Part shown: positions 27,923-36,855 of the stretch, piece by piece | Numbering within the stretch: the first letter of the stretch is position 1 | Layout: each line of letters opens with the position of its first letter | IMG/VR virus record: IMGVR_UViG_3300028804_000001 | Coordinates: 1-64,000 of that record | From: a virus | Taxonomy: Duplodnaviria; Caudoviricetes | Strand: one strand, 5' to 3' | DNA length: 64,000 nucleotides | Made by a program: the position numbers and the translations under genes | The notes under the pieces: model-generated | What the model saw: the letters and a program-made list of their open reading frames with translations, nothing else | Database searches by the model: none | Told to the model about the DNA's origin: nothing

Positions 27923-29608
27923 TCAGGAGAAGCGTTTAAGTAATTCCAGAGTCACTTTTCCAATCGAAAAGTCCTTCTTCAATCTCCGGGATAATTCCAG
28001 CGCCCGAAGCCTCTCATCATCTTGTGATACTTGGTTAAGCATCTGGACCATTTCATCCATTGATGAGAAATACTTAAGATCTCTATCTCCAGTAAAATCC
28101 TGCAGAGAAGTATGTGCAATACTATTGCTTGCTACTACAGGGATTCCAGTAGATAGAGCCATCCTATATGAAGCCGAGCTACTGGCAGAATGAGGTCCTC
28201 TATTGCAAACAATAGCGGCAGCATTCTCGTCTAGAAGCTTAAGCATTTCATCTGTTGGAAGATAGTCATCAATTGCCCATATTCTATTTGGTTCTATCTG
28301 AGCCAATTCATTTGAACCACGTCCCATAATAAGCATCTTATGGTCAGTGTTCTTAATGATATGCTCTACAACTTCCGGCATTCCTTTACCGGGATTGTTA
28401 AATCCAAACATAGCAATGTGGCCACCAACTGCTTTGCCTTTACATTCTCTTACAGAAGTATAGACACCAAGATCCATTACAATTGGTTTGAGCTTGCTCT
28501 TTTGAACTCCAGGATATGTAGAGATCCTTTCAAGCATCGTACGATTGAATACAACCGCTTGAACATTCTTCATCCCTAGATACTTATCAAGGTATGAAAC
28601 TCTGATATCATTTTTGATAGTATCCCAGGCCGGAGTAGTATGAACGAAGGTAACAAACTTTATCCTCGGATTATCCTCTGCCATCTTTACTAACTGAGCT
28701 GAGCTATTTTCAGATAGGTATGGATCATCATAGAGAAGATATTCATGATGAACAAATACAGTATCTGTTATCATGGTTAAATCATCTATGTTACGATGAG
28801 TAATAAAGATTGGATTATCTGAGCTAATTGCAGCTACCTCATCTCTTTGGTATGTATGATAGTCTCCAATTCCACATTTCTTTCCCCAGGACGGAACAAG
28901 GAATGTGTAGATAGGACTTTCAACAATAGAACCAATCTTCTTAGTCTTATGGATATTCTGGAATCTTGCAGCCCACATCGGTTTAATGCTGATTGTAAAG
29001 CATTGAACCCCAGATTCTGTTGGCCTATCATTGATTTGAACTTCGGGATCCCCAAAGCTTCTAATGAATGCAGCAATGTTGGCAGCCTTCTCAACAAGAG
29101 ATTTATCAAAGCCAGCAACGCTATCTGTTCTTGATGCAAGAGACATGAACTCTTTCACAGTTCTATAAATAGAGTAGAATATTCTATTCTCTAGCTCACT
29201 GCCTTTAACAGATGTCTTAAGCTGTGAATAGTATTTACTGTCAAAGACTGGAACATGTAAGACTCCAGGAAGACCTATCATCTTTTCCATGGCTCCAGTA
29301 AGTTCATGGGGAGTGGTATATATGATCTGTGTAACACCTTCTGCCTCAATAGGTTGAGATAGATAAGGTGCTATTGCAGATGGATTAACCCTCTGAAGAA
29401 TAGATTTAATATCTTCTAAGGTCATCTCTTCGATGTTATTGAATACAGAACCATCAGGAATTCTTCCTAGGTTTCTCATTTCATAGTAGTTAAGTGTACA
29501 GATCTTTCCCGAATATAATTCAGAAAAGTATTCCATCATTCCGAGCACGTTAGAGTAGTAGTGTGCAGGAGTAGAAGGGTTAGATATACAAATAAACGTT
29601 TTCTTCAT
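27923..29608 (-). CDS. Glycosyltransferase (GT-B/GT4-like) with N-terminal extension
   Basis: KCGIGDY, VHHEY, TFVHT, FGFNNPGKG, ASSSASYRMALSTGIPVVAS. Confidence 0.7.
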   Translation of the reverse strand: MKKTFICISNPSTPAHYYSNVLGMMEYFSELYSGKICTLNYYEMRNLGRIPDGSVFNNIEEMTLEDIKSILQRVNPSAIAPYLSQPIEAEGVTQIIYTTPHELTGAMEKMIGLPGVLHVPVFDSKYYSQLKTSVKGSELENRIFYSIYRTVKEFMSLASRTDSVAGFDKSLVEKAANIAAFIRSFGDPEVQINDRPTESGVQCFTISIKPMWAARFQNIHKTKKIGSIVESPIYTFLVPSWGKKCGIGDYHTYQRDEVAAISSDNPIFITHRNIDDLTMITDTVFVHHEYLLYDDPYLSENSSAQLVKMAEDNPRIKFVTFVHTTPAWDTIKNDIRVSYLDKYLGMKNVQAVVFNRTMLERISTYPGVQKSKLKPIVMDLGVYTSVRECKGKAVGGHIAMFGFNNPGKGMPEVVEHIIKNTDHKMLIMGRGSNELAQIEPNRIWAIDDYLPTDEMLKLLDENAAAIVCNRGPHSASSSASYRMALSTGIPVVASNSIAHTSLQDFTGDRDLKYFSSMDEMVQMLNQVSQDDERLRALELSRRLKKDFSIGKVTLELLKRFS

Positions 29609-30879
29609 GCTGGGATACCTTTGTTAGAATATTTCGAGATAAGACTTTCCACAAGATTGGCCCACTCTTTGCCAGAGTTATTACCAAAGAACTTAATAAG
29701 AGATTCTCTATTCTTAGATGCTCTCTTACCATGAACATACTTTTGAACAGCCTGGTTCATAGCTTCAACAGTGCTTTTCATATCACTGGAATACCAAACT
29801 TGATTCATACCAGGTGGAACAAAATGGTAATCGGTTTCTACTTTGAAGTTCTCTTCTGGATTAGATCCAAGATAGAATTTTGGGTAACCGCCCTGACCAT
29901 AGATAACCGGAAGATTTGTAAGGCCTCCTTCAATAGGTGGATAACCAATACCTTCGGCGTATGGCAGAGATATCATGCAGTCGCAGCCGCTGTATATTCT
30001 ATTCATTTCCTGATCAGTCATTGTTTGGAATAGATCTTCTGGATTCTCAGTTGAAAGTTTAAGAAATCTTTCTGCCTTATCAGAATCCTTAAGAGTTACT
30101 GCATTTTCATAAATAGAAATCAGATAGTCCATATCATAACCAATCAATGGAATCTGTGGCATCCTTGGAACATGCATAAATAACTTAGGCTTAATTTCTA
30201 CGTTCTGCCGGCGGTAACTTATGATTAAGCTTGAGAGTGCTTGAAGAACAAATGGAATATTCTTTCTGATAAAATTTCTTACTACAAGTAAGAACACAAA
30301 ATCATCAGCTCCATATCCATTCTTCTCTCTAAACTCTTTTCTTTGTGCCTTATTAAATGAGAATGTAGAATCTGGAATAGGTGGTCTAATAATAGGAGTG
30401 AGGTTTGAAAGCCTCCAGGATTTTCCCACCTGCTCTGCCATCTCTGTACAAGGAACAACAATATCACATCTCTGTAAGCTTGGTCTAAGATCTACTCTTC
30501 CCATCTGATCATTGTTTCTTGTCATTTTCAGAGGTGATAAGTTTGCTTCTTCAGTGATAAGATAATGAATCCATAAGAATGGATAAGAGTCTCGAGCATA
30601 CTCTACTCTTTCAAGATGCCAGATATCATCGAAGGTAATAACAATGTCAGGCCTAACTCGTTCTACTGCATCTCTAAAAAGTCTTGGATCGCGGGTGCAA
30701 TCAAAAAAGGGATACTTACCCGATATATAGTTAGATCTGGTATCTCCTCCAGATATCGAAGCATATGAGATAGAATATCCATTCTTCTCAAGTGCTTTTG
30801 CGATAAACATTAACACATAATTTAGTCCGGTTTTATAGTTGCCGTGACCACCAACCAAGAGGACATTTTTGGTAGACAT
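29605..30879 (-). CDS. Glycosyltransferase family 4
   Basis: KTGLNYV, RPDIVITFDD, RNFIRKNIP, MNRIYSGCD, AEGIGYPPIE (E-x7-E), LPVI. Confidence 0.85.
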   Translation of the reverse strand: MSTKNVLLVGGHGNYKTGLNYVLMFIAKALEKNGYSISYASISGGDTRSNYISGKYPFFDCTRDPRLFRDAVERVRPDIVITFDDIWHLERVEYARDSYPFLWIHYLITEEANLSPLKMTRNNDQMGRVDLRPSLQRCDIVVPCTEMAEQVGKSWRLSNLTPIIRPPIPDSTFSFNKAQRKEFREKNGYGADDFVFLLVVRNFIRKNIPFVLQALSSLIISYRRQNVEIKPKLFMHVPRMPQIPLIGYDMDYLISIYENAVTLKDSDKAERFLKLSTENPEDLFQTMTDQEMNRIYSGCDCMISLPYAEGIGYPPIEGGLTNLPVIYGQGGYPKFYLGSNPEENFKVETDYHFVPPGMNQVWYSSDMKSTVEAMNQAVQKYVHGKRASKNRESLIKFFGNNSGKEWANLVESLISKYSNKGIPA

Positions 30880-30923
30880 GTGACTCCATTTGTATAAACT
30901 AGCGGGTAAAGGGCAAGGAAAAA

Positions 30924-31481
30924 ATGGCAGAGAAAGAGAATATCGATAGAATCGATATTATGCTCGATGAGCAGATAGCTAAATTCCCTACAGGGGTTGA
31001 AGTAGCTAAAGCTAAGAAGCAAGTTCCAATAAAAATGGTAACCTCTGACCTTGAATTTGTTACTGGTCCTTCCGGAGAAAATACCGGCGTTATTATTTGT
31101 GGCATATGTGAAGTTGATGGAATCAAATATGCTGCACTATACGATCCAAGAGTAGTTCCTCCCAAACAATATGTAGAGGAGATCTACCTATCAGTTGGTG
31201 GAGGATCTGTTAAAGGTTTCAGAGTAATCCAGGATCCACTGGAGTGGAATGTCATAGTAGACTTCTTCAATAGAAACCATGTATGGGAACATAGAAGAGT
31301 TCTAAACTGGATCATGAGAATTCGAGGTGATCAAATGACCGAAGGCAGAGCCTCAGAAGTTCAGAAATGGGTAAACAAGATCAACAGAACAAATCCCAAC
31401 AGAAATGCCAAACAACTAACCGTTCAAGATTTCCTAAGGGGATCCTTGGACGCTATCCGGAACCTGGGGAAGAAAAAGTAA
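30924..31481 (+). CDS. DUF1292-like domain protein
   Basis: ICEVDGIKYAALY...EEIY...FRVIQDPLEWNVIVDFF resembles the DUF1292 pattern (FEVDGKEYxxL...IEDDEEFxxV). Confidence 0.5.
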   Translation: MAEKENIDRIDIMLDEQIAKFPTGVEVAKAKKQVPIKMVTSDLEFVTGPSGENTGVIICGICEVDGIKYAALYDPRVVPPKQYVEEIYLSVGGGSVKGFRVIQDPLEWNVIVDFFNRNHVWEHRRVLNWIMRIRGDQMTEGRASEVQKWVNKINRTNPNRNAKQLTVQDFLRGSLDAIRNLGKKK

Positions 31482-32128
31482 CAGATCTTTTATATCTAAA
31501 CGAACTGTTACTCTTATCTTCTAGAAAAGAACGTAAGATAAATCTTATCTCGAACGAGATAATAAAAATCTTCAGCCCTTTTTGCCAGAGTCTGGTTGAT
31601 CATATTCGACTTGAGTATTCTGTTCTTCCAAGTGATCATCCCTTGGCGATACGGTGTTCAAAATACCTAAAACCCCGTCCGCAACGAAAACTAACGATTC
31701 CAAATACAGTTTTAAAGCGATCCATAGAACCTTCTTCATTTCTTGTCACACTTCTGGTAATAATTCATCAATCTTTAGTTAACTACAATGAAAATAAACA
31801 CGGTAACTTTGTTACATACTGCTGCAATCTTACTAAGCAGAGAGCATATTACTATGCAGCTCTTCTTATCTCTGGCTATCTAACAAAAAGAAAAAAGAAA
31901 CTTCCAGCTATTAAGCTAGAGAAGATATCATACACACCAAGGATGGAACCTATGGAAGAGATTCCATCTTTGCAAATATTAGATATAGATGACTACGTCA
32001 GGACAGTCAGTTCTCACAAAGATTACAGTATAAAAAACTCCAAAGCATCACATACAAAGTATTTACTTAATGCGGACTTTGGTTTTTTCATGAAGCTCAG
32101 GAAGAAACCGAAGATGGAACACGGTTAA
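31367..32128 (+). CDS. Possible divergent sigma70-family factor (region 2-like)
   Basis: IIHQSLVNYNENKHGNFVTYCCNLTKQ resembles sigma region 2.3 (A..xF/YDPxKGxxFxTYA). No clear region 4. Confidence 0.4.
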   Translation: MGKQDQQNKSQQKCQTTNRSRFPKGILGRYPEPGEEKVTDLLYLNELLLLSSRKERKINLISNEIIKIFSPFCQSLVDHIRLEYSVLPSDHPLAIRCSKYLKPRPQRKLTIPNTVLKRSIEPSSFLVTLLVIIHQSLVNYNENKHGNFVTYCCNLTKQRAYYYAALLISGYLTKRKKKLPAIKLEKISYTPRMEPMEEIPSLQILDIDDYVRTVSSHKDYSIKNSKASHTKYLLNADFGFFMKLRKKPKMEHG

Positions 32129-33227
32129 CTCTAAAGTAGATGTCTACTACCGGAACCTCCTTATATAGATTTTCTTTAATTGTTACATGTGAAATTAACA
32201 ATTCAGAGATATCATCTACGACTCTTTCTAAACTCATCATAGATGCCTCGTCCGCTTTTTTCTGAGTAATGCCAGTTTGCTCTGGCTCTACCATAAGAGA
32301 AGATGTATCCCCATCTTTCTCTAACATCTGGCGGACTACTTGTTTAATAGGCCTTACCTTCTTTTCGTAGTCAGTCCAGCCGGCGGTTCTTTTGATCCAA
32401 TCATTCATGATTGCATCAAGCTTCTTATAGATTTCTGGACGATCGAGATTATACTTTTGTAGATGATGCCTGCGCATATCTTCTACTTCGATAAGATCAT
32501 CTGGTGAGTATAAAACTGTCATGTAAGTATCTACCAGATCCATTACTTTCCGGCAGTTAATACCATACGTTTCTTCTACTCTAGATTTCTCATGAATAAA
32601 ATTGAAGCAGGTATCTGCTCCTTCAATCTTACTCATTTCCCTTCCCTGATAAAAGCTTATGGCAATCTCTTCAGATCTTGCAAAGGATCCAGCTCGAGTA
32701 TATACACCCTGACAGTTGAATACACTTGTAAGATACATACCAGTATAGGCTGTAATATCAACTATACTGGGGAATGCATTCTTAAGCTTAAAGTTGTAAC
32801 TTACTTTAACGATGGTATAATTATTAGCACCAGTATCATCCCTGAAATCGATAAGATGAACAGATAGATACCTACTATCATGAAAGAATGCGTTTTCAAA
32901 ATGAACGTTTTCCTGTAACTTTATCCCACCATCTTTAAGCTCATGGCGGGGATCATATGTGATTACCTCGAGGCTGGTCTTCTTAAATACTCTCTCATCA
33001 TATCTTTGAAGGAACCATGGAGGAACTCTTACATATCTATTAACCTTTACAGATCTAGTTTTCTCGCTGAATTCCTTCTTTGAAACTACATTTTCTATTC
33101 TTAGACCACAATGATATAATCCAGATTGGATACAGGAAAGTAAAAGCTTCTGATCAATCAGAGCCATAGGCTTCTGTATAAAGAATAAGTCTAAGTAGTA
33201 GCCCTGAGCAGACGGTCTTTTAATCAT
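32097..33227 (-). CDS. Hypothetical protein with weak SufB/SufD-like pattern
   Basis: Coupled by ATGA to the SufS-like gene. Beta-rich core with DDTGA, SVFNCQG, ADT, SRVEETYG segments reminiscent of SufB/D. Confidence 0.35.
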   Translation of the reverse strand: MIKRPSAQGYYLDLFFIQKPMALIDQKLLLSCIQSGLYHCGLRIENVVSKKEFSEKTRSVKVNRYVRVPPWFLQRYDERVFKKTSLEVITYDPRHELKDGGIKLQENVHFENAFFHDSRYLSVHLIDFRDDTGANNYTIVKVSYNFKLKNAFPSIVDITAYTGMYLTSVFNCQGVYTRAGSFARSEEIAISFYQGREMSKIEGADTCFNFIHEKSRVEETYGINCRKVMDLVDTYMTVLYSPDDLIEVEDMRRHHLQKYNLDRPEIYKKLDAIMNDWIKRTAGWTDYEKKVRPIKQVVRQMLEKDGDTSSLMVEPEQTGITQKKADEASMMSLERVVDDISELLISHVTIKENLYKEVPVVDIYFRVNRVPSSVSS

Positions 33228-34300
33228 AAAGAGAGCCTTATTCTTCCTTGTCGTTCATTACCTGCATCTTTAGTAAGAACCTTGTCGAAATAATAATTAC
33301 AGCAGAATTTGCCAACACGATAAATTACTTCTGCTTCAGGTTCTAGATCATTTAGATAATCATTGAGTCTCATAGTGAGCTCACCAAGCTCTAGCTCCTG
33401 ATGCCAGAATGATGCAGTAACTCCTCGAGTGGTATATTCGACATCTGATTCCGCATCAGCTTCTTTTAAAAACTGAAAGCATAAATCAAAGATTCTTTTA
33501 TCATCTGGATCTATCTTGGGTAGAAAGTATGGGTTACCAATATAATAAGAGAGCATCTCTTTATATGCTATAAGATCTATACTGTTAAAAGTTCCCGCGG
33601 GAACCTTAGAATACTTATAGCTGCTTGCATAGTTAATATCAGTATTACCTACTCCACCAATAATACATCTATTAAAATTTCTTTGATATAATCCTTTAGG
33701 TCTTAAATGTAATAAGACTCCCAGGTTTGGATACATTCCTAGATGTTTATGAAACCCCCAGCAAATCATTACCTGATTACCATTAGCAAAGAAATTAGTT
33801 GGGAGTAGATCTGTTATATCTGCATCCCAAGATATCCACTGAGATGCATCAATAAGAACTACTTGATAGTAGAGTTGTGCTAATACTGGTTTCCAATCTA
33901 TAGATATACCAAATGAAGATGCAGCATTAATAATTACAGAATTAAACTCAGTTAGTTCTTCTATGTTATTTTGAATTGTTTGTCCTTGTTTTAACAATAC
34001 TGTATAAATAGCATTGTGCATATGCGGATCACAAAATGGCATTAGCACGCCTGAAGATGCTCCGATATTTAAAGCTTCAGTCGCACCTCTTGTAATAATT
34101 AATTCTGAATCACAATTAGCAGGAACTTTGTGAAGGATCTTAATCTTATCTAAGATATCTTCAACTAAGTCTGATGGATCTATGCCAGAACGGATGTTAG
34201 TAGAAAATGGGCTGGTTCTTAATTTCGTTTCATATGCAAGATAAACAGAATTCTTAGGAAAGGATGTAGCATTGTGATCTAGGTAGTAAGTTTTATACAT
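33224..34300 (-). CDS. PLP-dependent class V aminotransferase, SufS/CsdA-like cysteine desulfurase
   Basis: YLDHNATS, TRGATEALN, HNA, IDASQ, GFHKHLG (PLP Lys), AGTFN, RVGKFCC (cf. RxGHHCA), RIRLSL. Confidence 0.8.
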   Translation of the reverse strand: MYKTYYLDHNATSFPKNSVYLAYETKLRTSPFSTNIRSGIDPSDLVEDILDKIKILHKVPANCDSELIITRGATEALNIGASSGVLMPFCDPHMHNAIYTVLLKQGQTIQNNIEELTEFNSVIINAASSFGISIDWKPVLAQLYYQVVLIDASQWISWDADITDLLPTNFFANGNQVMICWGFHKHLGMYPNLGVLLHLRPKGLYQRNFNRCIIGGVGNTDINYASSYKYSKVPAGTFNSIDLIAYKEMLSYYIGNPYFLPKIDPDDKRIFDLCFQFLKEADAESDVEYTTRGVTASFWHQELELGELTMRLNDYLNDLEPEAEVIYRVGKFCCNYYFDKVLTKDAGNERQGRIRLSL

Positions 34301-34814
34301 CTTGCGAAGCTCTCCATTTTGCTGGATCTATAGTTCCTTTCTCTTTCATTCTTGCGTACTTTTCAATCTCATCTCCTCTCCCATGTACAGAAGGGCAGCC
34401 TGTTCCAAATCCTTCATAGGCATCTCGTGCATAATTAGGATCACTTCTATCTCGATAAGATGTACAACCAGGGCACTGTGCTCTGGTGTTGGGGCTTTCA
34501 TAGAAAAATACTAATCTGCAATCTGTGCACTCAAGCCGGCCACATAAACCAACTAACCTTTTATTACACTCTGGACATCTCTTGGTATGCTGCCTTAACT
34601 CCGCTTGGGCTTTAATACTGGGGTCATTACTTATCTGAGCTAGAAAAGATAGGTTGTGATTATTAAATACTAAACCACCAGAGTCCATACAATCGCTGGC
34701 TAAACCTATCATAGCCTCTAATAGTGTCTTTGACTTTGAATCAGACTCGAGAAGCCTTTTAGTAGACTCTATAAAGTCCTGTTCTTCAGGAGAAAACCGA
34801 GGGGTATATGACAT
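34293..34814 (-). CDS. Cys-rich metal-binding hypothetical protein
   Basis: CPEC, CTDC, CPGC plus further Cys residues. Confidence 0.6.
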   Translation of the reverse strand: MSYTPRFSPEEQDFIESTKRLLESDSKSKTLLEAMIGLASDCMDSGGLVFNNHNLSFLAQISNDPSIKAQAELRQHTKRCPECNKRLVGLCGRLECTDCRLVFFYESPNTRAQCPGCTSYRDRSDPNYARDAYEGFGTGCPSVHGRGDEIEKYARMKEKGTIDPAKWRASQDV

Positions 34815-34845
34815 TGGCCCTTAATAACAAGCATCCTACCTAAAA

Positions 34846-36297
34846 TCAAGTATTTAATACTGCCCTAGCCGGCTTATCAATCTGCTTATATGTATGAAAT
34901 ACATTAAAAACAGATAGAATATCTCCCGCGGTTGGATGAGGCATAAATACATATTGAGAGTTAAAGCAGTAGCTCGAGGGACCAGCTTTCTTTGCTACTG
35001 CATCAATAAACATTGAAAACATACCTTCTTCAGTTCTATAGAGATACTTTGGAACTTTCCGAGCTTCTAATTCTTTTTCATATTCCTTTGCGATTGTCGT
35101 ATCTATTCCAATCATACCTATTTTAGATTCTTGCAGAGATTTTAACCAATCTGTTTTAATAGGATCTCTATTTTGATCTGGTTTAATGAAACGAGCACCA
35201 AATCCAGTAGTTTTGTATCCGAGAATTGTAACTCTTAATCCATGTAAGTCACAGGCATCTAATATCCTATTTAATTCGCTATGATGTATAGTTTTATCAA
35301 CTATCTGAATATTAATTTTATTTAACGGAACTCTATTAGATAATGCTATATTAAGCATGTCCATAAAGTCATAAAAACTATCTACTGAAAATGCAAAGGA
35401 CCCACAGCTGGATAAATAACCTTCTTTTCTATCATCTTGCATCCAATCTGTTCTTCTAGTTGTGAAGTTGGGAATTATTCCGTCTTCTTTAAACATTTTT
35501 AATATAGTTCCAAACTCTGGATGCGTTGTTGGCTCACCACCGCCAATAGCTACTTCAAATGTTCCAACTTTAACCAGTGAATCAATTATTTCGTTGATAT
35601 ATGAAAGCTCAGCATGCTTTCCATTTTCAGTAGAAGCTCTATAGCAGTAACGGCAACCAGCATCACAATAATCAGTGATCGAAATATCTACGAGCTCTGG
35701 GAAACTTGAAAAACTACGCGCCGCCGCAGGAGCATCGAAAGAAAGTGATACTTTATGACCGTTGGTTGTATCAAATAAAACCCAATGCCCACTTATATCA
35801 TCTTTATGAGCTCGGATAATGTTTTCAGTTTCTTTTAATAAGTGTGGAATTCCTAAATTTATAACTCCAGGTTCTTCTATTAATGGATGTTCTCCACCGT
35901 TATCATTTCCACCAAGAATTGCAACATCGCGTCTTTTTATGAATTCTATATAGTCGCGGAGATAATCCATATTGATATGGCCCTTAATGTCGCGCGGAAA
36001 ATTCTGGGTGCTCTGATGATCTATATAGTCATCAGGATTAATCCTTACATCTAGAAGGTTCTCTAGTAAAGTAGTAGTTAGTTCAGATCCTATGAGCTCT
36101 TCAATATGAGGCTTTAACAAGATTGCCATATATCTTCTTTTTTCTAGCTGGCTCACTAATGTAAAATTATCCCAACCATACTCACCAGGATGATCTGTTG
36201 AATCTGTTAATGATCTAATCTTATCTGGAAGAATAACGATAGAGTGAAGTGAGCTGCTATTAGTAGCAAATCCTAGTCTTATATTCTCTATTTTCAT
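34846..36297 (-). CDS. Radical SAM protein with N-terminal RxGFxTNSSS domain
   Basis: CDAGCRYC (CX3CX2C), IGGGEPTTHP, PNFTT. True start is ATG 36297; the track's 36369 start runs through the tRNA. Confidence 0.88.
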   Translation of the reverse strand: MKIENIRLGFATNSSSLHSIVILPDKIRSLTDSTDHPGEYGWDNFTLVSQLEKRRYMAILLKPHIEELIGSELTTTLLENLLDVRINPDDYIDHQSTQNFPRDIKGHINMDYLRDYIEFIKRRDVAILGGNDNGGEHPLIEEPGVINLGIPHLLKETENIIRAHKDDISGHWVLFDTTNGHKVSLSFDAPAAARSFSSFPELVDISITDYCDAGCRYCYRASTENGKHAELSYINEIIDSLVKVGTFEVAIGGGEPTTHPEFGTILKMFKEDGIIPNFTTRRTDWMQDDRKEGYLSSCGSFAFSVDSFYDFMDMLNIALSNRVPLNKINIQIVDKTIHHSELNRILDACDLHGLRVTILGYKTTGFGARFIKPDQNRDPIKTDWLKSLQESKIGMIGIDTTIAKEYEKELEARKVPKYLYRTEEGMFSMFIDAVAKKAGPSSYCFNSQYVFMPHPTAGDILSVFNVFHTYKQIDKPARAVLNT

Positions 36298-36311
36298 ATT
36301 TACCTTGAATT

Positions 36312-36383
36312 TCGGAATAGCAGGATTTGAACCTGCGACCCTCTGCTCCCAAAGCAGACGCTCTACCACTGAGCTATATTCCG
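36312..36383 (-). tRNA. tRNA-Pro (anticodon TGG), no encoded CCA
   Basis: CGGAATA acceptor stem pairs with TATTCCG; D arm GCTCAGTGGTAGAGC; anticodon arm TCTGC-TTTGGGA-GCAGA; T arm GCAGG-TTCAAAT-CCTGC. Confidence 0.95.
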
Positions 36384-36424
36384 TTTATCACTTATTATCT
36401 TTATAAGTAATTACAATCTATTAT

Positions 36425-36817
36425 CTACTCATTCCAGAGGAAATCATATTTACCAGATTTGATTTCTTCTTTCTTAAGAAGAGCACTATCAGTCTTAACC
36501 TTGATTTCGCCCTGTATCTTCTTCTTCTCTTCTTTTAACTTGGAGATTTTTCTATTATTTACTGTACTCCGGTCTCTTTTCTTATCCAGGCAACTTTTAC
36601 AGAATCGAGTGCTACTATTAGTATCTATTTTAGCAGATCCACATTCAGAACATAGGCCCTGCTCTATCTTTTTGGCTCTTCTTCTTTTAATAAGCTGCGC
36701 GTTTAACCCAGGATGCTTCTTATAGTATTTACGCATGTAAATTCTATTAGCTTCTTTACATTTATCACATCTGCAGCCGTTTAAATAGTTATTACGGTCT
36801 CCATGGAGATATTCCAT
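36425..36817 (-). CDS. Basic Zn-binding protein (HG...Y..GCRCxxC domain plus CxxC...CxxC)
   Basis: HGDRNNYLNGCRCDKCKEAN, CSECG, FCKSC. Confidence 0.65.
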   Translation of the reverse strand: MEYLHGDRNNYLNGCRCDKCKEANRIYMRKYYKKHPGLNAQLIKRRRAKKIEQGLCSECGSAKIDTNSSTRFCKSCLDKKRDRSTVNNRKISKLKEEKKKIQGEIKVKTDSALLKKEEIKSGKYDFLWNE

Positions 36818-36855
36818 AAAACCTCTGCCTGTTAAGATTGTTTAATTAAGATATT

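Noticed and set aside
36298-36369. N-terminal extension of the radical SAM ORF (MVERLLWEQRVAGSNPAIP)
   Set aside because: This is the translation of the tRNA-Pro gene; the real start is ATG 36297.
36312-36383. tRNA-Pro as a prophage attachment site or host-phage boundary
   Set aside because: No integrase or duplicated tRNA 3' end was seen, and phage-type genes continue on both sides.
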